Origin: Thermodesulfobacteriota bacterium
GTDB taxonomy: Bacteria > Desulfobacterota_D > UBA1144 > Nemesobacterales > JAJCZQ01
Assembly (NCBI GenBank): GCA_965203965.1
Contig: CBDBDR010000012.1
Location: 1 to 46,105, forward strand
DNA: 46,105 nt
Direction: 5' to 3'
The notes beneath the pieces were generated by a model that saw only the letters and a program-made list of their open reading frames with translations, did not search any database and had not been told where the DNA came from. This document shows positions 43,400 to 46,105 of this stretch, in pieces. Numbering within the stretch: position 1 is the first letter of the stretch; each line of letters begins with the position of its first letter. The position numbers and the translations under genes are program-made.

Positions 43400-43681
43400 T
43401 GCCTACCTCTTGCACCACAAGTGACCTTACTGCGTTCTTAGCTGACCTCTGTAGCTCAATTCTTGTGCAAATCACGAACTAATTAAATATTCGCAGCCTT
43501 GTAAGTTGTAACTGACAGACTAAACACTGTACGTATAAAAACGCATGCCTACCTCTTGCACCACAAGTGACCTTGCTGCGTTCTTAGCTGACCTCTGCAG
43601 CTCAGTTCTTGTGCAAATCACGAAACTAATTAAATATTCGCAGCCTTGTAACTGACAGACTGAACACTATACGCAAAACGC
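43400..43681. repeat. ~146-bp tandem duplication (2 copies) between the S8 gene and UBA3
   Basis: TGCCTACCTCTTGCACCACAAGTGACCTT..CTGACAGACT starts at 43400 and 43546, with a few substitutions and indels. Confidence 0.9.
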
Positions 43682-43973
43682 GTTTGCTCACCACATGCAC
43701 AGTTCACAAATCCATTTCGGTGGGCGTGGCTTGTCCGCCCTTTGAGTTTCTTACTGAACTGTCGTCATTCTGATGTTCGACTTGAAGTCCCTTAAAGGCT
43801 ACAAATTCACACCAACTATGTTACAATATTGCCTATAGCTGCACATGATAATTCCACGATCATACCTCAATCAAAGACTTGATTTGTCCGATCGGTTTGT
43901 GAAGTCGGAGCAAAATTCAGGGGCGTACGCGTTCCAGGCATGCCAGGGAGACGCTCGCATTACGTCATAGAAA

Positions 43974-46105
43974 ATGGAGGTCAATAGAAGATGGAATGAC
44001 ATTCAGAAGTTGCTGACAAGAGGGAGTCCCTTGGCTCATCCAGACTTCGAGCCGAGTGAAGAGGTGACATTTTACCAGCGTCTAATATATTATTGTTGCT
44101 CTAATTTTTGCCAGACCTTGCAATTCATAAGAGATGTGTGTCGTTTAGTAGTAATAGGAGCCGGTGGGCTAGGCTGTGAGCTGCTGAAAGATCTGGTAAT
44201 GCACAGCCAGTGAGCTGGTGTCACTATACTAGCTGTGTGTGACTGCAGGCTCTGATGGGATTCACTAAAATGGACTGTATTGACATGGATACGATCGATC
44301 TCTCTAACCTCAACCGTCAGTTCTTGTTCAGGTACACCACCCACACACCTACACGTTTATATCAGCACATGTTTTGTGATTGCTTTCTAGACCTAAGGAT
44401 ATTGGTAAGCCCAAGGCTGAGGTGGCAGCACAGTTTATTAACGCTCGTATTCCTGGAGTACAAGTGACTCCGTATCCTTATACTCTGCTGTACATTAGTG
44501 TCGTCATGCTAGGTGTCATGTGACTTCCTTAGCAACCACTCTATAGTCACTATGCTAAAATACAAGACTTTGACCCAGGCTTCTACCGACGTGAGTCACC
44601 ATGTAGCATGTAGATCTTCACCAACATTGACAAAAATGTGCATTCACAATTATTGTATTCTGTAAAATTTAGCAAGTTGATATTATGTTACCTCTCATCT
44701 TGTTGCCTCTTGCATGCTGAAGAGGAACAAATAAAAATTTTATTGCAATGAAAAAAATTTTGCAATGAAATAAAATAAAAATTTGAAGTACCAACAAGTG
44801 AAAATGCAGAAAGACTTGATTCATTTTTTTCTCAGAGTTTCATATCATTGTGTGTGGATTGGACTCAGTAGCTGCTCGACGCTGGATCAACGGAATGGCT
44901 GTCAGTATAGCCCTTCTTGCATTGACTCACTATTTTGTGTTCCTTTCAGTTGAGTCTACTGAGGTACAGTGATGCAGGCGAGCTGGACCAATCGACCGTC
45001 ATCCCGCTAATAGACGGCGGGACTGAAGGGTTCAAAGGTCATGTCAGGGTCATTCTACCTGGTCTAACAGCCTGCATGGACTGCACCATGGATCTCTATC
45101 CTCCTCAGGTCAGTACCACACATACCAGCAAAGAGCAGCATTACTGACTAGCTCCAGCAGATTAACTATCCTCTGTGCACGATCGCCTCGAAACCACGCC
45201 TACCTGAGCATTGTATCGAATATGCTAAAATCCTTCTCTGGCCGAAAGAGAAGCCATTTGGAGGTATAGTCTTTATGTGGTGTAGTGTGCAGTGTACGAA
45301 ATAGAATGCAAAAAGTGTCAGGACATATGTCTGAGCATTGTCAATTGTGTCCGGACATTTATTATATTTGATCTGCCATTATTTTTTTCTGAAGCATACG
45401 TTGCAACACAAGTGCCTTGTTTTTGGGCATTTTCTTTTTTCAGCAAGTTCATTGCGTGCACGTGTTGGTCAGACTTGCCATGATCAACCACATTCGAAGT
45501 TCTGAAAGAGTCAGCTCTACTCGTGATGCACTTGTCGTTGAAGTGTTTCGACCAACAATACGTTCCTTCTACTTAGTACAGACTCGATCGAGTTTTGTCC
45601 GCTACTTTAGCTCCTCCGTCGATCGCCGTCTCGCAGTCAAGCCACGTCATGGTTTGATACTGTCTATCAAACTGCCTCATCCATTTCTGGTAAGTTTCGT
45701 GCTTCACTTTTCTTCGCCTGGCGTTCGAGGAGGTAGAAGCAAGACTTCTCTTCATGGCGATCGTCGAGATTCAACGTGCTCACGTTGTGGGCGGGGCTTA
45801 CGTAGTAATTATTATTGCGCTCGTGCTTGCGCACTCGATCGTAAAAGTAAAATTCATTTTGCGTGCAGCTTGCGCATACACACTCATCCGGACAAATTGG
45901 CAGAACGACTTTAATTTTGCTCGGACAAATACTAGAAATGGTCGGAAAATGTCCGATGTCCGGCTGCTATTTCATACACTGGTGTGTGAGTGTATCAGTT
46001 TTGCAGTTGGAGTGGGGATTGATGGTGATAGCCCAGACCATATTATGTGGATATACGAGAGAGCCCAAGAGAGAGCTGATGAGTACGGTATTCAGGGAGT
46101 AACTT
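43974..46105 (+). CDS. UBA3: NEDD8-activating enzyme E1 catalytic subunit, 5' part (runs out of window)
   Basis: Exons 43974-44063, 44115-44195, 44249-44331, 44391-44471, 44547-44590, 44836-44900, 44950-45108, 45161-45263, 46007->46105. [56 protein letters not shown], catalytic Cys in [19 protein letters not shown]. Confidence 0.97.
44472..44546 (+). other. U12-type (minor spliceosome) GT-AG intron in UBA3
   Basis: 5' site GTATCCTT matches the U12 consensus RTATCCTT; TTCCTTAGC at 44525-44533 resembles the U12 branch site TTCCTTAAC, ~13 nt before the AG; splicing gives ..VTP|HYAKIQD in frame. Confidence 0.85.
45290..45981 (-). mobile_element. Non-autonomous hAT-type DNA transposon (internal deletion derivative) in a UBA3 intron
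   Basis: 15-bp TIRs CAGTGTACGAAATAG / CTATTTCATACACTG (14/15 match); degenerate 8-bp flanks GTAGTGTG vs GTGTGTGA; minus-strand remnants [32 protein letters not shown] and [18 protein letters not shown] resemble the N-terminal zinc finger of ZNF862-like hAT transposases. Confidence 0.8.

Overview
Gene-dense eukaryotic genomic DNA with ~50-bp GT-AG introns and many microsatellites. The gene families and intron style suggest a sponge, probably a demosponge (inference). Gene order: 3' part of STK11IP (+); an EF-hand/WD40 WDR49/WDR95/WDY-family gene (-); AMPK beta subunit (+); an orphan signal-peptide 7TM protein (+); intronless ADAT2 (-); a ~15-kb collagen locus (+); NPHP3 (-), with an intronless Cys-rich multi-TM gene nested in one intron and a stray DNAH10-like exon in another; an intronless subtilisin (S8) protease with no signal peptide (-); 5' part of UBA3 (+), with a U12-type intron and an intronic hAT derivative. 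The most notable feature is the collagen locus. Its splice phases allow one chain: signal peptide - TSPN/LamG - Gly-X-Y block A - collagen XV/XVIII-like trimerisation motif - CGCP micro-exon - Ser/Thr/Pro/Met mucin repeat - Gly-X-Y block B - second trimerisation motif - RKRR, with no endostatin domain. Block B also carries a frameshifting 52-bp duplication. All homology calls come from recognising motifs by eye; no searches were run.
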